A stretch of 64,000 bases of DNA, taken from Anaerolineae bacterium. Lineage in GTDB: Bacteria > Chloroflexota > Anaerolineae > Epilineales > JAHCIE01. Location of the stretch: contig DAOUDG010000057.1 in NCBI GenBank assembly GCA_034431435.1, forward strand, positions 23,955-87,954, in the 5' to 3' direction. The position numbers and the translations under genes are program-made. The notes beneath the pieces are model-generated. The model had not been told where the DNA came from and did not search any database. It saw nothing but the letters and a program-made list of their open reading frames with translations. Positions 1 to 9,912 of the stretch are shown in pieces (position 1 is the stretch's first letter; the number at the start of each line of letters is the position of its first letter).

Positions 1-2
1 TC

Positions 3-2468
3 GCCCTCATCGTTGTCGCGCTGGCCAATCCCGTGCTCAATCCGGCCCCGCCCGCAGAGCGCGCCGTCTTCCTCGTCGACCAGTCACTAAGCCTCGGCGT
101 CGAGGGCCGCGCCGCCCTGCGCCGCTGGGTGTCCGACGCCCGCACCCAGAGCTTCGCGGGCGCGCCGGTCGTCACCTTCGGCGCACGCCCTGTGACCGAG
201 GTCGCGTTTGACACGGCCCGCGACCCGGCGGCCGCGCCGGGCGCAGCGGGCACGGCCCAGGCGGCGGGAACCGACCTGGCCGCCGCCCTCGACTTTGGCC
301 GCCAGTTGCTCGGCGGCAGGGGGCGGCTGGTGTTGCTGTCCGACGGCGTGCCCACCCGTGGCGACGCCGTGGCCGCTGCACAGCGTCTGGCCGACGCGGG
401 CATCCGCCTCGATAGTGTCGTGCGCGCCGCTACGGTAGCCCAGGATGTGCGCATGGTTGGCCTGTCTACGCCGCCCACCCTGCGCGAGGGTGAGCAGTTC
501 GAGGTGACGCTGACCGTCGACGCCCCCGACGCCGGCGCAGCGACTCTGAGCCTGTCGCGCGATGGTAGCCAGGTCGCCAACGAAGCCGTCAGCCTGCGCC
601 AGGGCCGCAACACCTTTACCTTCCCCGGCCGCGCCGACACGCCGGGCTTCATCACCTTCCGCGCCGAGGTCAGCCGGGCGAACGACAGCGTCCCCCAGAA
701 TAACGCCCTCGAAGGCCTGTCGCGCGTGTACCCGCGCCCTAAGGCGCTCATCATCGAGGCCCAATCCGGCGCGTCCGATGACTTGCGCGCCGCTCTCGAA
801 GCCTCTGGCGTTACGGCCGAGGTGCGCGGCCCCAAAGAGCTGCCGGGTCGCCTGTCGAGTCTGGCCGCCTACGATGCGGTCATCCTCCTCGATGTACCCG
901 CCAACCCAACGGCCACCGAGCAGGTCGCGGAACGCAGCATCAACGGCGAGCAGATGCTGCTGCTTCAGGAGTACGTGCGCCAGATGGGGCGCGGCCTGGT
1001 CGTCATCGGGGGCCGCCATAGCTACGCCCTCGGTCAGTATAAGGGCACGCCCCTGGAGGCCACGCTGCCGGTCAAGATGGATCCGCTGCCGCGCAAGGAG
1101 CGGCCGCCCGTTGCGCTGCTCCTGATCATCGACCACAGTGGCAGCATGGGGACCGGGCCTGGCTCGCAGTTGAGCATGGCGAAGGAAGCGGCGATTCTGG
1201 CGGCCGAGAAGCTCGACAAAGGTGATCGTATCGGTGTACTCATCTTCGACACTGAGACGACCTGGACGCTGCCCTTCACCACCGTCGACGACGGCCTGGC
1301 TCGCCAGCGTATTCAGGACCGGATCGCCACGATCCCGACGGGCGGCGGGACGGAGATTCTGGGCGCGCTGAAGGTGGGCCTGCCGGAGCTTGCCAACGAG
1401 ACTGTCGCCACCAGGCACGCCATCCTCCTGACTGATGGCCGCTCCTTCACCGGTCAGCCTTCCGACTACCTCGCCACGGTCGAGGATGCTCGCCGCGCCA
1501 ACATCACCCTGTCCACGGTCGCCATTGGTGACGGCGCGGACGTGGACCTGTTGACGCAGCTGGCCCAGTGGGGCCAGGGCCGCTACTACTTTGCCGCCAA
1601 GCCGGCCGATATTCCGCGCATCTCCGTCGAGGAGAGCGCCATTGCCCGTGATGATCCTGTCCAGGAGGGTACGTACCGCGCCGAGCTGGCAGCCCCCCAC
1701 GCCACGCTGCGTGGCCTGTCGCCCCGCGACCTGCCTGCCTTGCAGGGCTTTATCTCCGCCACGCCCAAGCCGGAGGCGGAGGTCGTGTTGCGCGCCCCGG
1801 AGGGTGACCCCCTCCTGAGCGCGTGGCAATACGGTCTGGGCCGCGTGGTGGCCTGGACGTCCGATAGTGGCAGCATTTGGGCCAGGGACTGGCCCGGCTG
1901 GAAGGACTACGGCCGCTTCTGGGCGCAGCTTCTCCGCTATACGCTGGCTGACCCATCGGCCGGCCCGGCCCGCATCGACCTCGTGCCCGGCGACCGCCCT
2001 GGCGAGGGCACGCTGGTCGTTGATGCCCTGGACGAGTCGGGCAACCCCATCGACCTGGCGGCGACAACTGTCACGGTCACGCCACCCCAGGGCGAGACCC
2101 GCACGGTGCGCCTGCGTCAGACCGCGCCTGGTCACTACGAGCAGGCCGTCAGCCTGCCTGTCGATGGCGCGTACCGATTCGAGGCGACCGTAGCGAAGGG
2201 TGACCAGCGCCTGACCAGTTCAGTCGGCTACGTCCAGCCTTACCCCGCCGAGTACGCGGCCCAGGGCGACGGCGCGGCTCTGCTGGCTTCGCTGGCGCAA
2301 CGGACGGGCGGCCGCACCCTCAGCACGCCCGCCGATCTGCGCGGCGCGGACGCGCCCCCGCCCGCCCCCACTCACGCTCTGTGGCCGTGGCTGCTCGTTG
2401 CCGCCCTCGCCCTGTGGCCTATGGAAATCGCCGTGCGCCGCTGGGCGCGTGTCCGCGGCGCGGCCTGA
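3..2468 (+). CDS. VWA domain membrane protein with a glutamine-amidotransferase-like domain (5' truncated by the window edge)
   Basis: The frame is open from position 3 (ALIVVALANPV...). It has two MIDAS-type motifs (DQSLS, DHSGSMG), LLSDG/LLTDG and a C-terminal TM segment (WPWLLVAALALW). It lies next to a MoxR ATPase. Confidence 0.85.
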   Translation, partial: ALIVVALANPVLNPAPPAERAVFLVDQSLSLGVEGRAALRRWVSDARTQSFAGAPVVTFGARPVTEVAFDTARDPAAAPGAAGTAQAAGTDLAAALDFGRQLLGGRGRLVLLSDGVPTRGDAVAAAQRLADAGIRLDSVVRAATVAQDVRMVGLSTPPTLREGEQFEVTLTVDAPDAGAATLSLSRDGSQVANEAVSLRQGRNTFTFPGRADTPGFITFRAEVSRANDSVPQNNALEGLSRVYPRPKALIIEAQSGASDDLRAALEASGVTAEVRGPKELPGRLSSLAAYDAVILLDVPANPTATEQVAERSINGEQMLLLQEYVRQMGRGLVVIGGRHSYALGQYKGTPLEATLPVKMDPLPRKERPPVALLLIIDHSGSMGTGPGSQLSMAKEAAILAAEKLDKGDRIGVLIFDTETTWTLPFTTVDDGLARQRIQDRIATIPTGGGTEILGALKVGLPELANETVATRHAILLTDGRSFTGQPSDYLATVEDARRANITLSTVAIGDGADVDLLTQLAQWGQGRYYFAAKPADIPRISVEESAIARDDPVQEGTYRAELAAPHATLRGLSPRDLPALQGFISATPKPEAEVVLRAPEGDPLLSAWQYGLGRVVAWTSDSGSIWARDWPGWKDYGRFWAQLLRYTLADPSAGPARIDLVPGDRPGEGTLVVDALDESGNPIDLAATTVTVTPPQGETRTVRLRQTAPGHYEQAVSLPVDGAYRFEATVAKGDQRLTSSVGYVQPYPAEYAAQGDGAALLASLAQRTGGRTLSTPADLRGADAPPPAPTHALWPWLLVAALALWPMEIAVRRWARVRGAA

Positions 2469-2481
2469 TTGGAGACTGTGC

Positions 2482-3474
2482 ATGTCAACCCCGCCCATCA
2501 CGGTGGAAGAGTTTCGCGCCACGGCCAGCGCTATCGAGCGTGAGGTCAGCCGTGTCATCGTCGGCCAGCAGCCCCTGATTCGCCAGCTCATGGTGACACT
2601 CCTGGGGGGGGGCCACGCCTTGTTGGAGGGCGCGCCCGGCCTCGGCAAGACCCTGCTGGTGCGCACCCTGGCCCAGGTTATCGACTGCTCGTTCAGCCGC
2701 GTCCAGTTCACCCCCGACCTGATGCCCGCCGACATCGTGGGCGGAACCATCCTGGTCCGCGACGATGCGGGCGAGCGCGCCTTTCGCTTCGAGCCGGGGC
2801 CGGTCTTTGCTAACTTGCTACTGGCCGACGAAATCAATCGCGCCCTGCCGCGCACCCAGTCGGCCCTGCTGGAGGCCATGCAGGAACGGCACGTGACCGT
2901 CGCCAAGACCACCCACGAGCTACCGCAGCCCTTCTTCGTCCTGGCGACCCAGAATCCGCTGGAGATGGAAGGTACGTATCCCCTGCCCGAGGCTCAACTC
3001 GACCGCTTCTTCTTCAAGATTGACGTACCCTATCCGAACCTCGAGGATCTGCTCGAAATCGCCGACCGGACCACGACGGCCCAGTCGATCATGCCGGTCA
3101 TCGTCGCCCACGCCGACACGATCCGCGCCATGCAGCTGCTGGCACGCCAGGTCCCCATCGCGGGCCACGTCACCGAGTTCGCGGCCCGCGTGCTCATGGC
3201 GACCCACCCTGAGGATTCGGGCGCGCCTGACGTTACGCGCCGCTTCGTGCGCTATGGGGCCAGCCCACGCGGCCTGCAGGCCATGATTCTAGGGGCGAAG
3301 GTCGCGGCCCTGCTCGACGGTCGCTACAATGTCAGCTTCGACGACATCGCCGCCGCCGCCCCGCCTGCCCTGCGCCACCGCGTCATCCTCAACTTTGAAG
3401 GCCAGGCTGAGGGTATTGCCACCGACCGTATCGTGGAGGCTGCCCTCAAAGCCCAGACGGCGCGCGCCCGCTAG
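2482..3474 (+). CDS. moxR: MoxR family AAA+ ATPase
   Basis: Walker [49 protein letters not shown]. Start taken at ATG 2482 after ggag. Confidence 0.93.
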   Translation: MSTPPITVEEFRATASAIEREVSRVIVGQQPLIRQLMVTLLGGGHALLEGAPGLGKTLLVRTLAQVIDCSFSRVQFTPDLMPADIVGGTILVRDDAGERAFRFEPGPVFANLLLADEINRALPRTQSALLEAMQERHVTVAKTTHELPQPFFVLATQNPLEMEGTYPLPEAQLDRFFFKIDVPYPNLEDLLEIADRTTTAQSIMPVIVAHADTIRAMQLLARQVPIAGHVTEFAARVLMATHPEDSGAPDVTRRFVRYGASPRGLQAMILGAKVAALLDGRYNVSFDDIAAAAPPALRHRVILNFEGQAEGIATDRIVEAALKAQTARAR

Positions 3475-3484
3475 GAGCGAGGCT

Positions 3485-4567
3485 ATGCGCCCTGTGCTGG
3501 CCGCTCTCCTGGTAGCGGCGGGTCTGTATGCGACGGCCGTTGCCGCCCACGCTCAGGGTGAAGGGTACGTCGTGCGCCCCGGTGACAGCGTGAGTCAGCT
3601 CGCCGCGCGCTGGGGCACGAGCGTCGAGGCCATTGCTCGCGCCAACAACCTTGCCAACCCCAACCTCATTCTGGTCGGCCAGCGTCTCATCGTTCCCAGC
3701 GTCGATGGGGGTGCATCGCCGGCTGCCTCGGCCGAGCCAACACCCTTGCCCACCCGCAACCCAACACTGCCCGCGCCCTTCGCCAGCGTGCGCCTGTCCC
3801 CGCAGCAGCCCATGCAGGGGCAGACGGTCAAGCTCGAAGTTGATCTTATCGAGCCGGCTCGGCTGACGGGACGGTTCCAGACCGAGACGCTGCGCTTTGC
3901 AGGCGACGGCCAGGGTGGACAATGGGCGCTCGTCGCCGTTGGCCCTCTCGCGGCTCTCGGCCAGCAGACCGTCTACGTCACGGCCACTACCGCATCCGGC
4001 ATGGTCACGCCGTTGCGTCTGCCCCTCGTCGTCCGCGACGGCCACTACCCGGTAGAGGATTTCTACCTCGATGCGCAGACGAGCCAGCTCCTCGCTCCCG
4101 AGCTGGTCGAGGGTGAGGCCCAACGCCTCGAAGCCATGTTCAAGACCGGCGAGTCGCTGCCACTGTGGATGGGACCGTTCGTCGCACCGGCTGATGGCCC
4201 CATCACCGCGAACTTCGGCGCGCGGCGCCGCTACAATGGTGGCGCCGCGCGCTACCACGAGGGCATCGACTACGGCCTGGCCACGGGGACGCTCGTGCGG
4301 GCCGCCGCCCACGGCGTTGTCGCTCTGGCCGAGCCGCTCGCTGTGCGCGGTAACACCGTCTTCATCGACCACGGTATGGGCGTCTACAGCGGCTACTTTC
4401 ACATGTCAGAGTTGCTGGTTGCACCGGGCCAGCGGGTCGAGCCGGGGCAGGTTATCGGGCGCGTTGGCAGTACGGGCCTGTCCACCGGCCCGCACCTGCA
4501 CTGGGAGATTCGCCTCCACGGCATCAACGTCTCGCCCTGGGAATGGGCCGAGCGCGAGTTTCCATAG
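3485..4567 (+). CDS. Secreted LysM + M23 family peptidoglycan metallopeptidase
   Basis: Signal peptide, LysM domain (YVVRPGDSVSQLAARWG...NNLANPNLILVGQRL), and M23 motifs HEGID and HLH. Confidence 0.9.
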   Translation: MRPVLAALLVAAGLYATAVAAHAQGEGYVVRPGDSVSQLAARWGTSVEAIARANNLANPNLILVGQRLIVPSVDGGASPAASAEPTPLPTRNPTLPAPFASVRLSPQQPMQGQTVKLEVDLIEPARLTGRFQTETLRFAGDGQGGQWALVAVGPLAALGQQTVYVTATTASGMVTPLRLPLVVRDGHYPVEDFYLDAQTSQLLAPELVEGEAQRLEAMFKTGESLPLWMGPFVAPADGPITANFGARRRYNGGAARYHEGIDYGLATGTLVRAAAHGVVALAEPLAVRGNTVFIDHGMGVYSGYFHMSELLVAPGQRVEPGQVIGRVGSTGLSTGPHLHWEIRLHGINVSPWEWAEREFP

Positions 4568-4580
4568 GTCACGCAATGGC

Positions 4581-4609
4581 TTGCCCGCGAGGCGCGGCGT
4601 TCGTATAAT
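4581..4609 (+). promoter_or_regulatory. sigma70-type promoter TTGCCC-N17-TATAAT
   Basis: Hexamers at 4581-4586 and 4604-4609, 17-bp spacer, upstream of the 4655 start. Confidence 0.6.
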
Positions 4610-4654
4610 ACGCTCTGGCCCGTCTGGGTCGATCCGCCACGGTGGAAGCCGAGT

Positions 4655-5968
4655 ATGACCGCTACCCAACTCACAGCCTTGCCCGTTGGCCGCGCCGCCG
4701 ACGTGGCCGCCGTGCGCCGCGCCCTCCAGCGCGGCGACCACTGTGCCATCGTCGGCATCAACAACATGGGCAAGACCGCCGTCCTGCGCGCGGTGGGCGA
4801 CACGGGGCCGGGCCGCCTGGCCGTCTACGTCGACTGCAACCGGGTGCTGGAATGGACCGAGCTGGGTTTCTATGAAGTAGTTATACGCGCCGCCCTGGAC
4901 GCGTTGCCGCCCGATAGCCCCGTCCGGTCCGAGGTGACCGAGGGCCACCGCACCCTCGTCGCGCCGACCACCATGATCGAGGACGCCTACGCCTTCGTGG
5001 CTGCCCTCGCCGCCATCATCCGCGTGTCGGGCCGCGTGGCTCTGCTCCTGGACGAGTTCGACACGCTGTTGCGGCGGCTGGATGCCCGCGTCTTTCTCAA
5101 TCTGCGTGGCCTGGCGGACCAGTATGGCGTGGCGCTGACCTACGTCACGGCGACAACCCATCGCCCCTCCGCCATCCGCGCCGATGTGGAGCCATTCTAC
5201 GAGCTGTTTGCCTATACCACCCGCTACCTGGCGCTCCTCGGTGTGGACGAGGCGCGGGCGCAGATGGCTGGTTATGCCGACGAGCGCGGTGTGAGCCTGG
5301 ACGACGACGACTACGGCTTTGCCTACGGCCAGGTTGGCGGCCATCCCGGCCTGTTGCGGGCGACGGTGTATCTGTTGGGGGAACTGGCAGACGCGCGCGG
5401 CGTGACTGGCGACGAGCGGCGGCGGCTGGCCTCGGCGGCGCTCAATCATGCTCCGAATGTGCAGGCCGAGTGCGCGGGCATCTGGAATGAATTGCTCGAC
5501 AGTGAGCGCGAGGCCCTGGCCGCCATTGTGGCCGGGCAGCCCGCGACTGAGCCGGCCAGCGGCTACCTTCTCGCCAAGCATGTAGTGCGCGCAGGTGAGC
5601 GGGGCCTGACGGTGTTCGCGCCGGTCTTCGCTGCCTTCGTTGCGCGCGAGCGCCGCATCGAGCCGCGGGGCGAGAGCCTGCGGGTCGACACCGAGCGCGG
5701 TGATGTTTTCGTGAACGGCGAACCTATCCCGCCGCTGACCGACCTGGAGTACCGTCTGCTGGCTCTGTTGAACGATCGCCGGGGCCAGATCGTGGACAAG
5801 TATCAGATTGTCGAGAAGGTGTGGGGGGAGTCGTATATCGACCAGGTAGATGATGACCGCATCGAGCGCCTCGTAGCCCGGGTGCGCGAGAAGGTCGAGC
5901 CAGACCCGCGCCAGCCGCGCTTCCTGACCACCGTCCGCGGGCGCGGCTACCGCCTCAAGGCAGAGTAG
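4655..5968 (+). CDS. P-loop ATPase domain + OmpR-type winged-helix transcriptional regulator
   Basis: Walker A-like GINNMGKT, Walker B LLLDEFD, and a C-terminal Trans_reg_C-like segment (LTDLEYRLL...VARVREKVEPDP..P.FLTTVRGRGY). Confidence 0.8.
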   Translation: MTATQLTALPVGRAADVAAVRRALQRGDHCAIVGINNMGKTAVLRAVGDTGPGRLAVYVDCNRVLEWTELGFYEVVIRAALDALPPDSPVRSEVTEGHRTLVAPTTMIEDAYAFVAALAAIIRVSGRVALLLDEFDTLLRRLDARVFLNLRGLADQYGVALTYVTATTHRPSAIRADVEPFYELFAYTTRYLALLGVDEARAQMAGYADERGVSLDDDDYGFAYGQVGGHPGLLRATVYLLGELADARGVTGDERRRLASAALNHAPNVQAECAGIWNELLDSEREALAAIVAGQPATEPASGYLLAKHVVRAGERGLTVFAPVFAAFVARERRIEPRGESLRVDTERGDVFVNGEPIPPLTDLEYRLLALLNDRRGQIVDKYQIVEKVWGESYIDQVDDDRIERLVARVREKVEPDPRQPRFLTTVRGRGYRLKAE

Positions 5969-5992
5969 GGCAGACGCGCCAGTCTGCCCTAC
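5965..5992. repeat. Perfect 11-bp hairpin starting with GTAG (REP-like or terminator) between convergent genes
   Basis: gtagggcagac (5965-5975), loop gcgcca, gtctgccctac (5982-5992). Confidence 0.6.
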
Positions 5993-6076
5993 CCCATGTA
6001 TCGCGCCCGTTGCTTGCGGCGAAGGGCCACCTCGGCCGCCTTGTCTATGGCCGCGCGAGCGGTGGTGTTGCTCTCC

Positions 6077-6808
6077 CTAGAATAGACGATTTACATAAAT
6101 AGGCATCGCCTTGTGCCACCAGGGCCAGTCGTGGTTGACGTCATGACCCCAGACATCCAGCCAATGCGAGATACCCTTCGCGTTGAGCAGGTCCGACAGT
6201 TGATAGGTGCGGGACGGATCCTCGAACGCTCCCTGGCCGGTGAACAGGATGATGGAGCGGTCGCGGAGCCGCGATAGGTGATAATCGTCGTTGAGGTTCG
6301 GTAGATAGTCCACGGGGTTGTTGAAGTACAGGTTGTCGTCGTAGTAGCTGCCGAAGTAGCTGCGGATGTCGTATGAGCCACTGATGGCGATGAGGCCACG
6401 GAAGACGTCGCTATGCTTGAGGAAGGTGTTGGCCGAGGTGTAGCCACCCATGCTGATGCCGGTGATGACGGGCATGGCCCACGGGTCGCTACTATAGTTC
6501 CGAATCCAGGGCAGGACCTCCTGGATGATGTACTCGTCGTAGGCGGTCAAGAGCGCGGTGCGGATGTTGGGCGACTGGCCGTAGTCAAAGATGGAATACT
6601 TATTGACGCTGTTTACGGAATAGACCCGCATGCGCCCCGCGTCGATGAATGGGGCCAGGGTGTTGATCATGCCAAAGCGTTCGTATTCGAGGAAGTCGGC
6701 TGAGGCGGTGGGCAGCATGAGCAGGGGTGGCCCGGCCCAGCCGTACGCGACGATGGGCATGTCAATGCCGATGCGGGGCGAGTGCCAGTTGTCAATGCGA
6801 CGGTCCAT
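6077..6808 (-). CDS. Putative esterase (alpha/beta hydrolase fold)
   Basis: Nucleophile elbow GISMGG, C-terminal HDW histidine, strong RBS (ggagggg) before ATG 6808. Confidence 0.85.
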   Translation of the reverse strand: MDRRIDNWHSPRIGIDMPIVAYGWAGPPLLMLPTASADFLEYERFGMINTLAPFIDAGRMRVYSVNSVNKYSIFDYGQSPNIRTALLTAYDEYIIQEVLPWIRNYSSDPWAMPVITGISMGGYTSANTFLKHSDVFRGLIAISGSYDIRSYFGSYYDDNLYFNNPVDYLPNLNDDYHLSRLRDRSIILFTGQGAFEDPSRTYQLSDLLNAKGISHWLDVWGHDVNHDWPWWHKAMPIYVNRLF

Positions 6809-6916
6809 GTCCCCTCCTGATGGGGCGAGAGTGTGGGTAAGGATGGCGCTGGCGGCCATGTTGCGCTACGTGACCGTAACCGTAGAGGGCGCTCGACGTT
6901 ATACTAGCCGTAGGCA

Positions 6917-6945
6917 TTGGCATCGCGGGCGCAAGCGGGTACAAT
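6917..6945 (+). promoter_or_regulatory. sigma70-type promoter TTGGCA-N17-TACAAT
   Basis: Hexamers at 6917-6922 and 6940-6945, upstream of the 7083 gene. Confidence 0.55.
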
Positions 6946-7082
6946 TATACCCTATTGTGCGCGGGACGCTAGGCCCGCCCGCTGAGAGTGCGCCCGCCGC
7001 CGCACGCTCGTAGCCACCCGACGGACGTCTTGGTGCTGTTCCCAGGCATCTCGTCCCACACGACGCAAGGCGACGGGAGAGA

Positions 7083-8405
7083 ATGACACGACTATCCCCG
7101 CGACCGATCCGCTGGGCCGCGCTGCTTGGCGTGCTGTTCGCCCTCTGGTCTGCGACACTCGCCCACGCTGACGGCCCTCCCACCAAGCTCGGTATTGGTC
7201 TCTATCGCGAGAGTCACGCTGCTCGCGATGCCATTCTTGCCATGCAGCCGCCAGCCGTGCTGCTAATGGATCCGTCGGGTAAGTTGCCCGGCGAGATCAA
7301 GGCCAAGCTCCCCCGCACCCTCATCATCGGTCGCTACTCGATCGAGGAACCCATCACCGTCGACGGCGCGATGCGCTACGCCGATACCATCAATGCCAAG
7401 TTCAAGGATCTCAGAGGCGTGGTCGATGCCTGGACGTTCTACAATGAGCCGCAGGTCCAGGGGCCGGGGCAGGCCGCTGCTTTCGATGAGGCCCAGGCTA
7501 TCTTCGCCCAGCGTATGCACCAATGGGGCTGGAAGGTAGTTGGCTTCAACTTCGGTGTCGGCGTGCTGGAACCGGGCGACTACCCGCGTCTCTTTGCTAA
7601 GAGCCTGCCCCTGGTCGACTATATCGGGGTCCATGCCTACGGCTCCGAGCGCGACTTCTTCATGAGCGGCCCCGATCGCGACTATTATGCCTTGCGCTAT
7701 CGAAAGATTCGCGCGGCAACCCTGGCGGCGGGCGTTGACAAGCCTTTCCTGCTAACCGAGACGGGGACCTGGAATGGCTGGCAAGGCAAGGCTGGGGTCG
7801 ATGATGTCGTGCGCGACTATCTGTGGCTCGAAGGCGAGATCGCCCGCGACCCTTACGTCCTGGCGCAGATTCCCTTTGCCCTCGACGGCTTCGAGTGGGA
7901 TAGCTTCAAGCTGCTCGATACCTCGGCTATATGGCAGTTCGGCGCGCAGAACGCGGGCAAGTCGCCCGCCAGCTACGCAACACGCACCCCTACCCCGGCC
8001 GCGACGGCTACCCCGGCCGCCACACCCACCCTGCCCGCCCTGGAGGCGGCTCGCCCGTACACGGAGTGGCTACGCGAGGTCGCCAAGCTACCGCCGCCCC
8101 TGCGCGCCCAGGTCATACAAATGGCTGCGCAGGAACTGGGCGTCAGCCCGTTGACCATCTATGAGTGGCTGACGTGGCTCGAAGCGACAGGCGCGCTTGG
8201 CTCCCTGGTCGTGACGCCCACGCCGCAGCCGGCCAATCCCCAAGCGACGAGCGGCCCACCCGGCCAGGTCTACCTCCCCCACGTTCAGGTCGCTGCCGAA
8301 GCGGCGACACCGACGCTCACGCCAGGGGTCATACTGACGCCAGAAACCACTCCCACCCCGAGCGCGGCCAGCCTCTGGGAGAGAGTGCGCGGCGGCCGAC
8401 CATAG
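7083..8405 (+). CDS. Secreted protein with a clan GH-A-like glycoside hydrolase domain and a Pro/Thr-rich C-terminal region
   Basis: Signal peptide, then motifs YNEP (acid/base-like), GVHAY and LLTETG (nucleophile-like), then TPTP-rich linkers. Confidence 0.6.
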   Translation: MTRLSPRPIRWAALLGVLFALWSATLAHADGPPTKLGIGLYRESHAARDAILAMQPPAVLLMDPSGKLPGEIKAKLPRTLIIGRYSIEEPITVDGAMRYADTINAKFKDLRGVVDAWTFYNEPQVQGPGQAAAFDEAQAIFAQRMHQWGWKVVGFNFGVGVLEPGDYPRLFAKSLPLVDYIGVHAYGSERDFFMSGPDRDYYALRYRKIRAATLAAGVDKPFLLTETGTWNGWQGKAGVDDVVRDYLWLEGEIARDPYVLAQIPFALDGFEWDSFKLLDTSAIWQFGAQNAGKSPASYATRTPTPAATATPAATPTLPALEAARPYTEWLREVAKLPPPLRAQVIQMAAQELGVSPLTIYEWLTWLEATGALGSLVVTPTPQPANPQATSGPPGQVYLPHVQVAAEAATPTLTPGVILTPETTPTPSAASLWERVRGGRP

Positions 8406-8438
8406 ACCTGCCACATACAGCAGTCGCTTGAGGGTTCG

Positions 8439-8894
8439 CTAACCCTGGGGCGATTGGGGTGAGTCCTGGCTTTCGCCTGGCATCGGTATCGCCCCCAGCT
8501 GCTGCAGCAGGCCCAGCCCATCCCACAGCGACCACTGCTCGGCGATTCTGTCGCCCTCGATGCGCGACAGGAACATATTCGTCACGTGGATTTCCTTGCC
8601 CGTGGGCGGGATGCCCATGAACTCCCCGCTGTGCCTGGCGCGATGGGTAATGCGGCATGCCGCCATGTCGCCTTCTACGATGAGATGGTCGATTCGCATG
8701 TGGTGATCGGTGAAGGCGTTGTGAAACATGGCGAGAGCCGCCTCGTGCTCGTCGTGCCCAACCAGCTTGCCCAACGTGGCGTCGTGGGAGACGCGGTGTG
8801 CGTGCGAGGTCGTCCGGAACGCCTGGGGATTGCGGGCATGCCACATCTCCTCGTTCTCCCGACGGATGATCGCGCGGACTTTCTCGTGATCCAT
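8439..8894 (-). CDS. Ester cyclase / SnoaL-like protein
   Basis: LIVEGDMAACR, HSGEFMGIPPTGKEI, IAEQWSLWDGLGLLQQLG are typical SnoaL-family motifs. Confidence 0.9.
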   Translation of the reverse strand: MDHEKVRAIIRRENEEMWHARNPQAFRTTSHAHRVSHDATLGKLVGHDEHEAALAMFHNAFTDHHMRIDHLIVEGDMAACRITHRARHSGEFMGIPPTGKEIHVTNMFLSRIEGDRIAEQWSLWDGLGLLQQLGAIPMPGESQDSPQSPQG

Positions 8895-8991
8895 GGGTCC
8901 TCCTTGGGATATAGTGGTGGTGGCAGACGTGCCTTATTGTACGCGGTAGCTAACCTTTATGCAACGTGCCCGCGCGCGTGGCGGTGCGTCG

Positions 8992-9897
8992 TCAGGCGGA
9001 GCCGCGCGCCAGGGCGACGGCCGCCCGGACGCCTGGCGCCACCTCCTCCGCGAATACCCTTATCTGACGCATATGGTCCCTGGCAGGCCAGAAGATAAAG
9101 GTGTCCATCCCCAACTCGACGGCGCAGCGTGTCAGTTCCTCGATCCAGTAGCTAACTGGCCCCACCAGAAACTGCTGGGGCGGCTCAGCCGTAATCTGCC
9201 CCATCACGTTGTACGCGCGCCGGATGTCCGCCGGCTGACGGCCGGCAGCCAGGGCGGCCTGGTTGATGCGCTGCTGCATCTCTGGCAAACGCTCCAGCGG
9301 CGTGTAGCTGGAGCTGGGTACCCATCCGTCTGCCAGCCGTCCCGTCAGCGCCAGCATCTTGGGGCCATACGAACCTAGCCAGATCCCCATGGGATGCGCC
9401 GGGCGCGGCCCAGGGTGCGCGCCGCGTACCTGGTAATACTGGCCGGTGAAGCGCACGGAGGGCGCGCCGCTCCAAAAGGCCCGGATGATCTGGATGGCCT
9501 CCTCCAACGCTCCGACGGCCTCAGCGCGGCTCCGTGATGGCCCACCCATGGCTGCGATACCCTCCCAGAAGGCGCCCGCGCCGAGGCCGAGTTCTACCCG
9601 TCCGCCACTCAACACATCCAGTGAGGCCGCGGCCTTGGCGAGCATGGCGGGTGGTCGCAGCGGCAGGTTGGCGACGTTGGGGAAGAACCGCACACGCTCC
9701 GTCGCCTGGGCGAGGGTCGCCATCAGCGTCCAGGTATCGAGGAACTTGGCGTTGTAAGGGTGATCCTGGATGCCGATGAACTCCAGGCCAGCCTCATCGA
9801 TGGCCTGCGCCAGGCGGATTGGCCAGGTGGGATCGGCCGCGGTGGGATCCACATTCCCGCCGAACTCGATCGGCCGCCGCAGATCGTACATAACCAT
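8992..9897 (-). CDS. LLM class flavin-dependent oxidoreductase
   Basis: IQDHPY, DTWTLMATLAQATERV, RPPAMLAKAAASLDVLSGGRVELGLGAG, GRLADGW. Starts 15 bp after the arsM stop. Confidence 0.9.
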   Translation of the reverse strand: MVMYDLRRPIEFGGNVDPTAADPTWPIRLAQAIDEAGLEFIGIQDHPYNAKFLDTWTLMATLAQATERVRFFPNVANLPLRPPAMLAKAAASLDVLSGGRVELGLGAGAFWEGIAAMGGPSRSRAEAVGALEEAIQIIRAFWSGAPSVRFTGQYYQVRGAHPGPRPAHPMGIWLGSYGPKMLALTGRLADGWVPSSSYTPLERLPEMQQRINQAALAAGRQPADIRRAYNVMGQITAEPPQQFLVGPVSYWIEELTRCAVELGMDTFIFWPARDHMRQIRVFAEEVAPGVRAAVALARGSA

Positions 9898-9912
9898 CTC
9901 CTTGCCGCAAGT

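Noticed and set aside
87-2135. 682-aa antisense ORF (also long antisense ORFs at 48382-49848, 58926-60509 and others)
   Set aside because: These are shadows of well-supported genes on the opposite strand. They are expected at high GC and carry no recognisable motifs.
6946-7082. About 130-nt 5' leader as a possible c-di-AMP, c-di-GMP or ZTP riboswitch
   Set aside because: I could not match the conserved cores of those riboswitches by eye. An Rfam scan would be needed.
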